64,000 bases of DNA from a bacterium (GCA_024698685.1 JAILQZ010000017.1:27206-91205); one strand, 5' to 3'. Shown: positions 39,913-53,030, counted from the stretch's first letter. A program made the numbers and translations. The notes: generated by a model from the sequence alone, not told the origin.

Positions 39913-39935
39913 TTCGAGTCCCCTCATCGGCTCCA
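39913..39935 (+). repeat. direct repeat of the last 23 nt of tRNA-Thr (att-like scar)
   Basis: TTCGAGTCCCCTCATCGGCTCCA is identical to 39725-39747 in the same orientation, with 165 bp between the copies. The upstream part needed for a cloverleaf is absent. Confidence 0.8.
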
Positions 39936-39985
39936 CGAGCGAATGCTCTCAAACCATCCCCTTCCAAAATAGAAAGTTGGCGACC

Positions 39986-41362
39986 ATGGGGATTCTAGCA
40001 GCCTACGCAGTGCCACACCCACCACTGATAATCCCTGATTGCGGATGCGGCAAGGAGCTCGAAATCCAGAGCACCGTCGACGCATTCGAGGAGATCGCCA
40101 TCAGAGTCGCGCTCGAGGATCCAGACACGATCGTCGTCTCCTCGCCCCACGCGCCCTACTACGGCGACTCCTTCTTCATCGACTGCGGCGAACGCTTCGT
40201 CGCAGATTTCCGCAGCTTCGGCGCGCCCGATGACAAGGTTGACGTTCAATGCGACCGCGAGATGGCCGATGCGATCATCGCGCGTGCTGCCAGCGCCACT
40301 CCGGCGATTCGCATGAAGAGCTCGCAGGGCTTCCGCCCACGCCTCGACCATGGCACCTTCATCCCGCTCTGGTTCATCGACAGAGCCTTCGCCGAACTGG
40401 GAATCGAGAAGCCGCGCTACAAGCTCGTGCGCCTGGGACTCTCTACGCTTCCCTGCAAAATGAACCGCGAACTCGGCAAGATCATCGCTGACATCGCGGG
40501 GGAGCAGGGCAAGAAGGCCATCTTCATAGCCAGCGGGGACCTCTCTCACAAGCTGCTGGCCGATGGCCCGTATGGCATAAGCAAGGCGGGCCTGGAATTC
40601 GAGGAGCGCATACAGCAGATCCTCGACAGCGCCGACTTCGACGCGCTCTTCGACTTCACCGACGAGTTCAGGGATGCCGCGGCCGAATGCGGCCTCGGCT
40701 CCTTCCAGATGATGGCCGGCGCGCTCGAGCGCACCGCAGAGACCCAAGGCTACACCATCGCCCCGAAGCTGCTCAGCCATGAGGGGCCCTTCGGAGTAGG
40801 CTACGGCGTGGCCTCCTACACGCTGGTCGACCCGTGCGTCGAGCTCGCTCGCAAGACGGTCGAGGCCTTCGCCAACACCGGAGCGCCGATCGAGCGGCCC
40901 GTCGACCTCCCTCACTGGATGCTCGAGAAGAGCGCGGCGACCTTCGTCTCGCTGCATATCGGCGACACGCTGCGCGGATGTATCGGCACGCTCTCGCCGG
41001 CACGCGAATGCATCGCCGACGAGATCATCGGCAACGCGGTCTGGGCATGCAGCGAGGACAGGCGCTTCATGCCGGTCGAGCCGGACGAGCTCGACTACAT
41101 CGCCTACAGCGTAGACGTGCTCGAAGAGCCGGAGCATATCGACTCACCCGACCAGCTCGACGTCAAGGTCTACGGCGTGATTGTCACGAAGGGAAACCGC
41201 CGCGGCGTGCTTCTGCCCGATCTGGAGGGCGTTGACACCGTCGAACAGCAGATTGCGATCGCCAAGCGCAAGGCGGGCATCATCTCGTTCGAGAAGGACG
41301 TCGAGCTTCAGCGCTTCAAGGTCGTGCGGCACACGCTTGGCGGCCAAGCCCGGGTGGTCTAG
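39986..41362 (+). CDS. fusion protein: class III extradiol dioxygenase/Memo-like (LigB fold) domain plus AMMECR1 domain
   Basis: The N-terminal ~270 aa (AYAVPHPPLIIP..., SGDLSHKL) resemble the LigB/Memo superfamily. The C-terminal ~180 aa carry the AMMECR1 hallmark TFVSLHIGDTLRGCIGTL. Start taken at MGILAAY (39986). Confidence 0.75.
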   Translation: MGILAAYAVPHPPLIIPDCGCGKELEIQSTVDAFEEIAIRVALEDPDTIVVSSPHAPYYGDSFFIDCGERFVADFRSFGAPDDKVDVQCDREMADAIIARAASATPAIRMKSSQGFRPRLDHGTFIPLWFIDRAFAELGIEKPRYKLVRLGLSTLPCKMNRELGKIIADIAGEQGKKAIFIASGDLSHKLLADGPYGISKAGLEFEERIQQILDSADFDALFDFTDEFRDAAAECGLGSFQMMAGALERTAETQGYTIAPKLLSHEGPFGVGYGVASYTLVDPCVELARKTVEAFANTGAPIERPVDLPHWMLEKSAATFVSLHIGDTLRGCIGTLSPARECIADEIIGNAVWACSEDRRFMPVEPDELDYIAYSVDVLEEPEHIDSPDQLDVKVYGVIVTKGNRRGVLLPDLEGVDTVEQQIAIAKRKAGIISFEKDVELQRFKVVRHTLGGQARVV

Positions 41363-41366
41363 CGCC

Positions 41367-42203
41367 ATGGGCGGAGCCTCCTGCAACATCTGCCCCCACG
41401 CATGCTCCCCCGCCGAGGGCGCATATGGCCTCTGCGGCTCCCGGAAGATGCAAGATGGCAAGATCGTTCCGGAAGGCTACGGTCGCTTGACCAGCCTTGC
41501 GCTCGACCCCATCGAGAAGAAGCCCTTCGCGCGATTCCACCCCGGCACCACCGTCCTCTCGCTCAGCTCCTACGGCTGCAACCTCAAGTGCCCCTGGTGC
41601 CAGAACCATATGATCTCCTACGCAACCGCCAACTCGGCCGATTGGCGCCAGATGAGCCCGCGCGAGGTTATAGACCGCGCGCTCAAGCTCGAGCGCCGCG
41701 GATGCATCGGCATCGCATACACATACAACGAGCCCTTCATCAACCTCGAGTTCATGCGCGACTGCGGCGAGCTCGCGCACGAGAACGGCCTGGTCAACGT
41801 CGTCGTAAGCAATGGGATGGTCAACTGGAGCGCGCTGGAGAGCGTCTCTCACCTGCTAGATGCCGCCAACATCGATCTCAAGGGATTCTCGAGCGATTTC
41901 TACAGCGACATCTGCGGAAGCTACGAATGCGTGACTAGCACCATCGAGACGCTCGCGACGCTGCAGAGCTGCCATCTCGAGGTGACTACGCTCGTGATTC
42001 CGGGCCTCAACGACTCGCCCGAGGCGATCGAAGCCGCAGCTCGATGGCTCGCAAGCCTGGACGAGGAGATCCCCTATCACATCACGAGGTTCTTCCCGAG
42101 CTTCAAGTATGGCAACCGCCCGCCCACGCCGGTCGAGACTGTCTACGCCCTCGCTGAAGTCGCCCGCAAGCACCTGCGCTATGTCTTCACCGGCAATTGC
42201 TAA
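41367..42203 (+). CDS. AmmeMemoRadiSam-system-type radical SAM enzyme
   Basis: CNICPHAC...GLCGSR is an N-terminal Cys-rich segment, DPIEKKPF follows, and the radical SAM motif is GCNLKCPWCQN. It begins 5 nt after the AMMECR1 fusion gene stops. Confidence 0.8.
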   Translation: MGGASCNICPHACSPAEGAYGLCGSRKMQDGKIVPEGYGRLTSLALDPIEKKPFARFHPGTTVLSLSSYGCNLKCPWCQNHMISYATANSADWRQMSPREVIDRALKLERRGCIGIAYTYNEPFINLEFMRDCGELAHENGLVNVVVSNGMVNWSALESVSHLLDAANIDLKGFSSDFYSDICGSYECVTSTIETLATLQSCHLEVTTLVIPGLNDSPEAIEAAARWLASLDEEIPYHITRFFPSFKYGNRPPTPVETVYALAEVARKHLRYVFTGNC

Positions 42204-42266
42204 ACTTGTCGCAGGGGCGGCTCATCCACCGAGCTGCCGGCACTCGACAACAGGGGGCCCTCAGGC

Positions 42267-43481
42267 GTGAGCCGATCCAAGAGCATATCCGAAGGCCCTA
42301 GCGGCAGCGCACCCGAGGGCGGACGCAAGTACAGCCTGATCCTCATGGGCGGGCACATCTGCGTTGACATCGCGCAGGGCGGCATCGCTGCGGCGCTCCC
42401 CTTCCTCGTGCTCGAGGGCGGATACTCCTACACCGAAGTCACCATGCTCGTCTTCGCCGCGAACATCGCGTCGGCGATCATCCAGCCGCTCTTCGGGTGG
42501 CTCGGCGACCGCAAGGCGCGCCCATGGCTGATGGCCCTCGGCGTGCTGTTCGCCGGTTGCGGCATGGCGGCGCTCGGCGTGGTGCGCAGCTACTGGCTCG
42601 TCGTCGCGTCGGCGATGCTCAGCGGCACCGGAATAGCGATGCTCCACCCCGAAGGCGGGCGACTCGCCAATCTCGTTGCAAAGGGCTCGAAGGAGGGCTC
42701 GATGAGCATCTTCTCGCTCGGCGGGCAGGTCGGCTTCACCGTTGGGCCGATCATCACCGTCGCGGCGCTCACGGCATTCGGGCTCAAGGGCACGCTCGTG
42801 TTCCTCATCCCAACCATACCCTACGCGATACTGCTCTTTGCGATGAACGGTCGCTTCGCCTCGTTCGGCCTCATCGATGCCAAAACCGCAGCTCAGGAGG
42901 GCGAGACGGACAACTGGGGCCACTTCGCGGCGGTCCTCGGCACGCTGTCTGTGCGCTCGGTCCTCTACTATTCTGTCACCAGCTTCGCGCCGTTGTTCAT
43001 GGTCTACGTGCTGGGGCAAACCGAGCAACTGGGTTCGCTGATGGTCACGCTTTTCGCCGCCATGGGCGCGATAGCCACGATACTCTCGAGCGTCGCAGCC
43101 AACAGATTCGGCACGGTGCGCCTGACCATATGCTGCTTCTGCGCGCTAGTGGTTGCCTTCGCGCTCTTCGCGGCCAACATCCACATCGCCGTCACCATCG
43201 CGATGATCGTCGTCCTAGCCTTCGGACTCAACATCTTCAATCCGCCAGCCATCACGCTCGGCCAGAGCTTCGTCCCACACCATCTCGGCATGGCTTCGGG
43301 CCTCTCGTTCGGAGTCGCAGTGTGCGTCGGCGGCGTGCTCGCGCCCTGCCTCGGCAAGCTCGGCGACGTGGTCGGACTCGTTCCGGTGATGTGGGTGGTC
43401 ACTGCGCTTGCAGCGGTGGGACTGGCCTTCTCGCTCGTAGTTGCGAGAATCTGCAGGAAAGCCGGCAAAGGCGGGAAATAG
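42267..43481 (+). CDS. MFS transporter
   Basis: 404 aa with 12 predicted hydrophobic helices and an MFS loop motif (GWLGDRKARP) between TM2 and TM3. GTG start preceded by AGGGGG. Confidence 0.8.
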   Translation: MSRSKSISEGPSGSAPEGGRKYSLILMGGHICVDIAQGGIAAALPFLVLEGGYSYTEVTMLVFAANIASAIIQPLFGWLGDRKARPWLMALGVLFAGCGMAALGVVRSYWLVVASAMLSGTGIAMLHPEGGRLANLVAKGSKEGSMSIFSLGGQVGFTVGPIITVAALTAFGLKGTLVFLIPTIPYAILLFAMNGRFASFGLIDAKTAAQEGETDNWGHFAAVLGTLSVRSVLYYSVTSFAPLFMVYVLGQTEQLGSLMVTLFAAMGAIATILSSVAANRFGTVRLTICCFCALVVAFALFAANIHIAVTIAMIVVLAFGLNIFNPPAITLGQSFVPHHLGMASGLSFGVAVCVGGVLAPCLGKLGDVVGLVPVMWVVTALAAVGLAFSLVVARICRKAGKGGK

Positions 43482-43495
43482 CTCCTTGGGCCTGG

Positions 43496-45405
43496 CTACT
43501 CGGTCTGGCGCAGCACCTCGAAGACCTCTTCGGCAACCTCGCGGGGAATCCCCTTGACCGCCGCAATCTCCTCCACACTCGCTTCGCGCATCCGCTTCAC
43601 GCTTCCGAACTCTCGCATGAGGATCTTCTTGCGCTTCGGACCGAGGCCGGCAACGTCATCGAGTATCGACGAGGTCATGGTCTTCCCACGCAGCTTGCGG
43701 TGGTACTCGATCGCGAACCTGTGCGCCTCGTCGCGCACGCTCTTCACTAGATACAGCGCTGGCGAGCCCAGCGGAAGGACCACAGGCTCGTCGTCCCAGG
43801 TGACGAAGAGCTCCTCGTCTGCCTTGGCAAGACCGGTGAGCGGGATGTCGGAGAGCCCGAGCTCGGCCATCTGCTTGACCACGGCGTTGAGCTGCGGCTT
43901 TCCACCATCGACGATGATCAGGTCGGGGCGCTTGCCGAAGCGATCGCTCTCCATGTTCTTGCGCGAGAAGCGCCTGTCAAAGGTCTCGCGCATCATCGCC
44001 ACGTCGTTGGCCTCGAGGGTCTCCATCCTGATCTTGAACCTGCGGTAGGAGGAGTTGTCGGCGCGCCCACCCGTGAAGACGACCATCGAGGCTACGGAAT
44101 GCTTCCCGTGAATCGTCGAGATGTCGTAGCACTCGATGCGCATCGGAGGGCCGGGCAGCGCCAATGCGCTCTCGAGCTGCAGCAGCGCGGTGTTGATGCG
44201 CTCTTCGTCATAGCGCGTCCTGATCTTGAAGCGCTGCAGCGAGTGCTTCGCGTTGTCCGCCGCCATCAGCAGCAGGTCGTGCTTCTCGCCTCGCTTGGCG
44301 ACGACGATTCGCACCTTGGCGCCGTGGCTCGAAGCCAGCTTCTCGGTGAGCCAGTGCTCGAGCGGCTCGACGTCGTCGAGCTCGGTGTCGATGACGACTT
44401 GCCGCGGGATATCCGATGTCTCGTCGTAATAGCGGACGATGAAGGTCTCGACGAGATCCTCCATCGGCACGTCCGCACCCTTGTCGAGGACGAACTCGCA
44501 GGAGTTGATGATCGAGCCCTCGCGCACGACGAATACGTTCACTCCGGTAATCGTCTCCTCGCGGTAGAAGCCGATGACATCGCAGTCGAGGTCGCGCGCG
44601 ATGGTGGCGTGTTGGCTGCCTTCGAGGCTCTCGATGATCGCGAGCCTGTCGCGGATGCGCGAGGCGCGCTCGAACTCCAGGTTGGCCGCGGCCTCCGCGA
44701 TGTCCTCCTTGAGCAGGTCGACGAACTCGCGCCTGCGACCCTGCAGAAAGCGCTCGACGCGCTTGACCGACTCCGCGTATTCCTCCTCGGAGCACGCGCC
44801 GCAACATGGGCCCGGACCGAGCCCCACGTGATAGTCGAAGCACGGCTTCCCGTCCTTGGGCTCGCGTCCCTTATCCAACTGGCGCTTCATCGCCTTGTAC
44901 TGCGGGCAGCCCGCCGAGCAAATCGGCACGATGCGCCTGACCACGTCGATGGTCTTGCGCGCCGCGCGCGAGTCGGTGTAGGGGCCGAAATAGCGCGTCG
45001 TCGAGACATGGCGCTCGCGCGTGAACTTGATCGCAGGGAACGCGTCGCCCTTCGTGATCGCAATGTAGGGATAGCTCTTGTCGTCGCGATAGTCGACGTT
45101 GTAGTAGGGCTTGAACTGCGAAATCAGGTTCTTCTCGAGGACTAGCGCCTCATGCTCGCTCTCGGTGACGATGTAGTCGAACGAGGCCACCTGCTCCATC
45201 ATGAAGGGAATCTTGACGCGCTCGTCGGTGCCCTGGATGTACTGCTTCATCCTGTTGCGCAGCTGCTTGGCCTTGCCTACGTAGATGACTTTGTCGTTGG
45301 AGTCCTTCCACAGGTAGACACCGGGAAGCTGCGGAACCTTGGAGACCTGCTCGTCGAGGGAGAGCAGCGCCTTGACCTGTCCGTGGCTGTCGATGTCGAA
45401 CTCCA

Positions 45406-45406
<1 letters not shown>
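43496..45406 (-). CDS. uvrC: excinuclease ABC subunit C
   Basis: Contains a GIY-YIG domain (GVYLWKDSNDKVIYVGKAKQLRNR), a UVR domain, an endonuclease V-like region and a C-terminal (HhH)2. The GTG start overlaps the uvrA stop by 1 nt. Confidence 0.95.
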
Positions 45407-48234
<2,828 letters not shown>

Positions 48235-48259
48235 ATCAGGTTTCTTCCGCCGCTTGGCG

Positions 48260-49474
48260 TCAGCTCTCGCTCCTGATGACCTTCCCGTCCTTCAGTTTCA
48301 AGGTCACGACGCCGATTCCGTTTTTAGAGAACAATTCTACATCTTGGCCGTCGACAGTGACCTTGACTGCGGAAGTCTTTCCAATCTGAAGCGAGGCAGT
48401 GTCGGTGACCGTATAGCTCAGCTCCTGCGGGCCGGTCACCACCTCGGCTATCGGGGTCTTCCCATCCACATCGACCTGCACCCACGAGGACGATCCGTCG
48501 GCGACGGTCACCTTGAGGCCGAACTCCGTCGCCTTGACCTCGACCTTGTCGGGCATGTCGGTCAGCGCGTCATCGGAGGTATCTGCCATCGCATCGGTGC
48601 CAGCGCTATCGGAGCCAGTGACTTGAATGACATCGGAGCTGCTGGAGGACGAGCCGCCGAAGACCTTCGGGACCAAGAAGATCGCAAGGCCGGCGATGAT
48701 CGCCAAGATCAAGACGATGATCAGGATCTTCTTGATGGAGCGGCCGCCGCGGAAAATGCGCTCGTTGCTCGAGATGCCGGATCTGCTGCGAGACTTGCTG
48801 TCGATTCGTCCGCCACGGCCCGATCTGCCCGTGCCGACGTGCACGCTGTGCGAGCCACGGATGCTGCGAGGCTGCTTGGGCTGACGCGAGGAGCCGCGTC
48901 CGCGATTGCGAGGTTCGGAGGCGCGCCTGCTGCGCGGAGCCTCCTCTTCGTGCGCAATGCCCTCGACTTCGTCGAGCTGGTCGCCTACATTCTCTGCATT
49001 GCGGCGCGCGCGGGTCGCCCTGCGCGTGGCTGCATCGGTCTCTGAGGGCTCGGCTGCCGCGTCGCTGTACGGGGAGCTGTATTCGCCGCGGATGACCCTC
49101 CTAACGCCAGGGTCGGGCTCGCTGTCCTGCATTCCGCGATATCTGTAGACGGGATTGCCGTCGCGCGAGCTGACGCGCGCTTCGACGCGGGAAGGCGAGC
49201 GATACGGCGAGTAGCTGCCGTTGGAGCTCTCGAAGCGGTTGAAGCCTGTCAGGAAGCTGCTGGTGATCTCGATCGAGTCGAGCCCGAGGAACCTTGCGTA
49301 CGCGCTGATCTGGTTGCGGGCAAAGCCCTTCGCGGGCATGTTCGCGAAATCCTCCGACTCGAGCGCGCGGATGACATCGGGCCTGATTCTGAGCGCAGTC
49401 GAGACCTGCGCTACGGAGAGACCGATCTCCTCCCTAGCACGCGAAAGCGCTTCTCCGAAACCATATCCACTCAT
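48260..49474 (-). CDS. RodZ-like membrane-anchored helix-turn-helix protein
   Basis: The N-terminal HTH is [39 protein letters not shown] long Arg/Ser/Gly-rich disordered region follows. Next come one TM helix ([19 protein letters not shown]) and a C-terminal beta-rich DUF4115-like domain. Confidence 0.7.
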   Translation of the reverse strand: MSGYGFGEALSRAREEIGLSVAQVSTALRIRPDVIRALESEDFANMPAKGFARNQISAYARFLGLDSIEITSSFLTGFNRFESSNGSYSPYRSPSRVEARVSSRDGNPVYRYRGMQDSEPDPGVRRVIRGEYSSPYSDAAAEPSETDAATRRATRARRNAENVGDQLDEVEGIAHEEEAPRSRRASEPRNRGRGSSRQPKQPRSIRGSHSVHVGTGRSGRGGRIDSKSRSRSGISSNERIFRGGRSIKKILIIVLILAIIAGLAIFLVPKVFGGSSSSSSDVIQVTGSDSAGTDAMADTSDDALTDMPDKVEVKATEFGLKVTVADGSSSWVQVDVDGKTPIAEVVTGPQELSYTVTDTASLQIGKTSAVKVTVDGQDVELFSKNGIGVVTLKLKDGKVIRSES

Positions 49475-49636
49475 AGGGCCGCCCTATCGCGACGTTCGAT
49501 GCAACGCGCATCGAACCGAACCGTCAATGTCAACCAGTTGAGTATTGCTTAGATTCTATACCAAATTCCCCATTATTCACATTCCTGCACACTCTGTGCA
49601 CAAGTCATGCGAGAGCCTTGCGCTGCGAAAGGCACT

Positions 49637-52261
49637 CTACAGATAATCGTTGGCCCACATCGCCTTGATTCCCTCGAGTTCCTCTGCATCGACGAGGACC
49701 TCGCGAGGTTTGCTCCCATTGGCAGGTCCGACGATGCCCTTCTCCTCTAGCTGGTCCATGATGCGACCTGCTCGTGCATATCCGACGGAGAGCCTGCGCT
49801 GAATCGTCGAGGTGGAGCCGATGCCCGAGTTGACGACGATCTCCGCCGCGTCCCAGACCAGGTCGTCGTCGGCCGATCCACCCTTGGCCGATCCGCTGCC
49901 ATCGAGCAAGCCCACGCCAGCCTTCGTGTTGAAGATCTCGTCGTGGTAGCCGGGCTTCGACTGCGCCTTGAGGTAGGAGACGACCGAGTTGATCTCGTCC
50001 TCGCTCACGTAACAGCCCTGGATGCGCATCGGCTCGGAGGAGCCGGGCCTGATGAAGAGCATGTCGCCGTGGCCGACGAGGTTCTCCGCGCCGGTGGTGT
50101 CCAGGATGACGCGCGAGTCGATGCCAGACGCGACGTTGAAGGCGATCCTGCTCGTGATGTTCGACTTGATGACGCCGGTGACGATGTTTGCCGACGGGCG
50201 CTGCGTCGCGACTATCAGGTGGATTCCGACGGCGCGCGCCTTCTGGGCGATGCGTCAGATCGAGGTCTCGACGTCCTTGCCGTTGGTCATCATGAGGTCG
50301 GCGAGCTCGTCGATCACGATGACGATGAAGGGCATCTCCTCGAGCGGCTCGGGAATCTCATCCGCATCGATGCCCTCGTCTACGCCGAGCTCATCGAGCT
50401 TCTCGCGCCCAGCCGCCAGCGCGGCCTCCTTCTCGCGGGTCTCGTTGTACTGGAAGATGTCGCGGACTCCGACCTCCTCGAGCAGCTCGAGCCTGCGCTC
50501 CATCTCGTTGACCGCCCACGCCAAGGCGCTCGCGGCCTTGTTGGGATCGGTGACGACTGGCACGTAGAGGTGGGGGATGTCGTTGTAGAGGGAAAGCTCG
50601 ACGCGCTTCGGGTCGACCATGATGAAGCGCACCTCGTTGGGCGTGGCGCGCATGAGGATCGACATGATCATCGAGTTGAGCGCGACCGACTTTCCAGAGC
50701 CGGTGGTTCCTCCGACGAGCAGGTGCGGCATCTTCGAGAGGTCTGCGGTGATCGAATCTCCCTCGACATCCTTTCCGATCGCCATCGTCAGCACTGCGCC
50801 TCCGGTCTCGGGAAGCACATCGCCTAGCAGGACGTTGTCACGCGTAGGATTGGGGATCTCGATGCCGACGAAGCTGGTGCCCTTGATCGGCGAGAAGATC
50901 CTGACCGACTCGGCAGCCAGCGAGAGCGCTATGTCCTTGGAGAGCGCGTGGATCGCCTTGACGCGAACGCCGCTGTCGAGCGCGATCTTGAAGAGCGTGA
51001 CCGTCGGGCCGTGAACCCAGCCGACGACGCTCGCGCCGACATTGAACTCGCGCAGCGTGGATTGAAGCCTTGCGCCGAGGGAGGCGAGCTCCTGGTCGGA
51101 GGTCTTCGACGAGAGCGTGAAGGTCGACTTGGAGAGCAGCTTGAAGTCGGGCAGGGTGAATCCGTCCTTATCGCGGTCGACCGGCTTCTTCTTGGAGCTC
51201 TTCTTCGCGGCCTCCTTGGGCTTCTCCTCCGCCTTGTCGGCCTTGCCGTTGGCCACGGGGTCGTTGAGCGAAACGGTTGGGAGGATGCTGTCCATCTTCT
51301 GATCGACCTTGATCTCGGATCGGCCCTCCCTATTGGCGAGCTTGCGGGTGCGCGGCGACGCATCGGGCAGGAGGCCGGCCGGCTCGCCGCTGCCATCGAG
51401 CATGCGCGTGGGCGCAGCGCCGCCGTTGAGCGCGACCGTCTCAGGCGACGAGTTCAGCACGCGCGTCTTGCCGGTGCTGTTGCGCAGGCTGGCCGAGGCG
51501 CTCCTGGCGTAGGGAGACGCGGCCCTGTTCGCAACGAGCTCGGGTTCCACGGGATTGCGCCTGTCCATGATTTTCTCGATCATCTTGGAGATCGAGAATC
51601 CGATGAGGACGATGCCGCAGATGATTAGCGCGATCATCAGAATCCACGCGATGACCTTGCCGAGGTAGACGTTGAGCAGATACGCGATTCCGTTGCCCAT
51701 ATAGCCGCCGTAGGCGAGGAGGATGTCCTTGGTGAATAGATGGTCGTAGCCGAAGCTGCCGAGGTTGGCATTGACGCCGATGAGCGCGTCGAGTGCGATG
51801 AATATCAGAAGCAGTCCGATTGCTATGCGCGAGAGGACGAGCTCCTTGCGGCCCAGCAGGAAGAAGCAGCAGCCGAAGACGATGACGAAGATCGGAAGCA
51901 GGTAGGCCCCGAATCCGAAGACCGTGCGCAGGCCGTTCGAAACCAGGTTGGTAAAGATCGCGTCGCCGGGGCGCGCGACCGCCAGCAGGATCACCAGCGC
52001 GACGACGATGATGATGATCCCGATCAGGTCGTTGCGGATGCGAAGGCTGAGCATCGAGCGCTTGGGTGCAGGCACGGGCTCTGCTCCCAGGGAGCGCTTG
52101 CTCTGCGCGCTCTTGGCGTTGCTCGACTTCTTAGCCGCTGACGAGGACTTCGAGTTGCCCTTGGACGTGTTTCGAGTGGAACTCTTGGACGAGCCCTTGC
52201 TTGCGCCTTTGGACTTGGAATTGGAACTAGGCTTAGCCTTGGACTTCGCGTTAGCCAACAA
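49637..52261 (-). pseudogene. ftsK: DNA translocase FtsK/SpoIIIE whose frame is interrupted by a single in-frame TGA at 50255-50257
   Basis: ORFs 50255..52261 and 49637..50062 are in one frame (2625 nt). The N-terminus has TM helices, Walker A is GGTTGSGKS and Walker B is VIVIDELADLMM. After ...DVETSI comes the TGA. Translation then continues as RIAQKARAVGIHLIVATQRPSANIVTGVIK...GHGDMLFIRPG... through the gamma domain. Confidence 0.85.
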
Positions 52262-52433
52262 AACCTCCGTAGTGTGCGTTTAAGTTGTGGTTACTTCGGT
52301 TTTCAACATTCCCATTATACGCGCATAGGCTATGTTTTTCACCATATTTGCGGCAAAAGAGTCGCGGCGGATGCCCCTGGCGCCCATGCGCTCTTGCATC
52401 CACCGCGAGCATCGGCTCTATGTTGCGCCCAGC

Positions 52434-53027
52434 CTAGCCTTGCGAAACCGCCTTGGCACCCGCCGCGAAGGCCGCGAGATTGCTCTCGATGGTCTTGGGC
52501 GGCACCCTCTTCGAGATGACCTCCTCCCAAATCTCGACGGGAAAGTCGAGCTCGGTGGAGAGCGCGCCCATGAGGACGATATTGGTCGCCTTGGGATTGC
52601 CTACCTCCTCGGCGATCTTGGTGGAATCGATGAGCTTTGCGCCGCGCTGCTCGAGGAATTCGAGCGTGTTCTCGGGCATCTCGGCCGCGCCGATGAGCAC
52701 TGGCAGCGGGACGATCTCCTCGCTGTTGACGAGCAGCTTGCCATCCTTGGCGAGATAGGGCAGGTACCTCAAGGCCTCGGTGGCCTCGAAGGCAACGATG
52801 CGATCGACGCATCCGAAGTCGGTGACCGGGGAGAGCACCGTCTGCCCGAAGCGGACGATGGTGATCACGCTGCCGCCGCGCTGCGACATGCCGTGAATCT
52901 CGGAGAGCCTGATCTGCAGGCCCGCGCGCGCGGCGACCTTGGCGAGGATGTCGGCAGCGAGAATCGTGCCCTGACCGCCCACTCCGCAGAGGAGAACAGT
53001 GGTTGCGCTGTTGATCTTATCCGCCAT
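52434..53027 (-). CDS. iorB: indolepyruvate:ferredoxin oxidoreductase subunit beta
   Basis: LLCGVGGQGTILAADILAKVA...HGMSQRGGSV is typical of the IorB/2-oxoacid:ferredoxin oxidoreductase gamma-type domain. It lies directly downstream of iorA. Confidence 0.85.
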   Translation of the reverse strand: MADKINSATTVLLCGVGGQGTILAADILAKVAARAGLQIRLSEIHGMSQRGGSVITIVRFGQTVLSPVTDFGCVDRIVAFEATEALRYLPYLAKDGKLLVNSEEIVPLPVLIGAAEMPENTLEFLEQRGAKLIDSTKIAEEVGNPKATNIVLMGALSTELDFPVEIWEEVISKRVPPKTIESNLAAFAAGAKAVSQG

Positions 53028-53030
53028 CGT

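Noticed and set aside
49494-49516. A LexA/SOS box upstream of the rodZ-like/uvrA/uvrC genes (GTTCGA...TCGAAC).
   Set aside because: The half-sites are in the wrong order and spacing for the actinobacterial SOS box (TCGAAC-N4-GTTCGA). Here GTTCGATGC-N5-GCATCGAAC simply forms a 9-bp hairpin in the leader. No Cheo-box-like GAAC-N4-GTTC was seen upstream of uvrA, sbcD or this gene.
50195-50257. Selenocysteine insertion at the in-frame TGA of ftsK.
   Set aside because: FtsK is not a known selenoprotein. The sequence downstream of the UGA (CGCAUCGCCCAGAAGGCGCGCGCCGUCGGAAUCC...) offers only a 4-bp CGCC/GGCG stem and a loop-less GGCGCGCGCC palindrome, not a convincing SECIS-like hairpin. It remains a formal possibility inside the ftsK finding but is not claimed.
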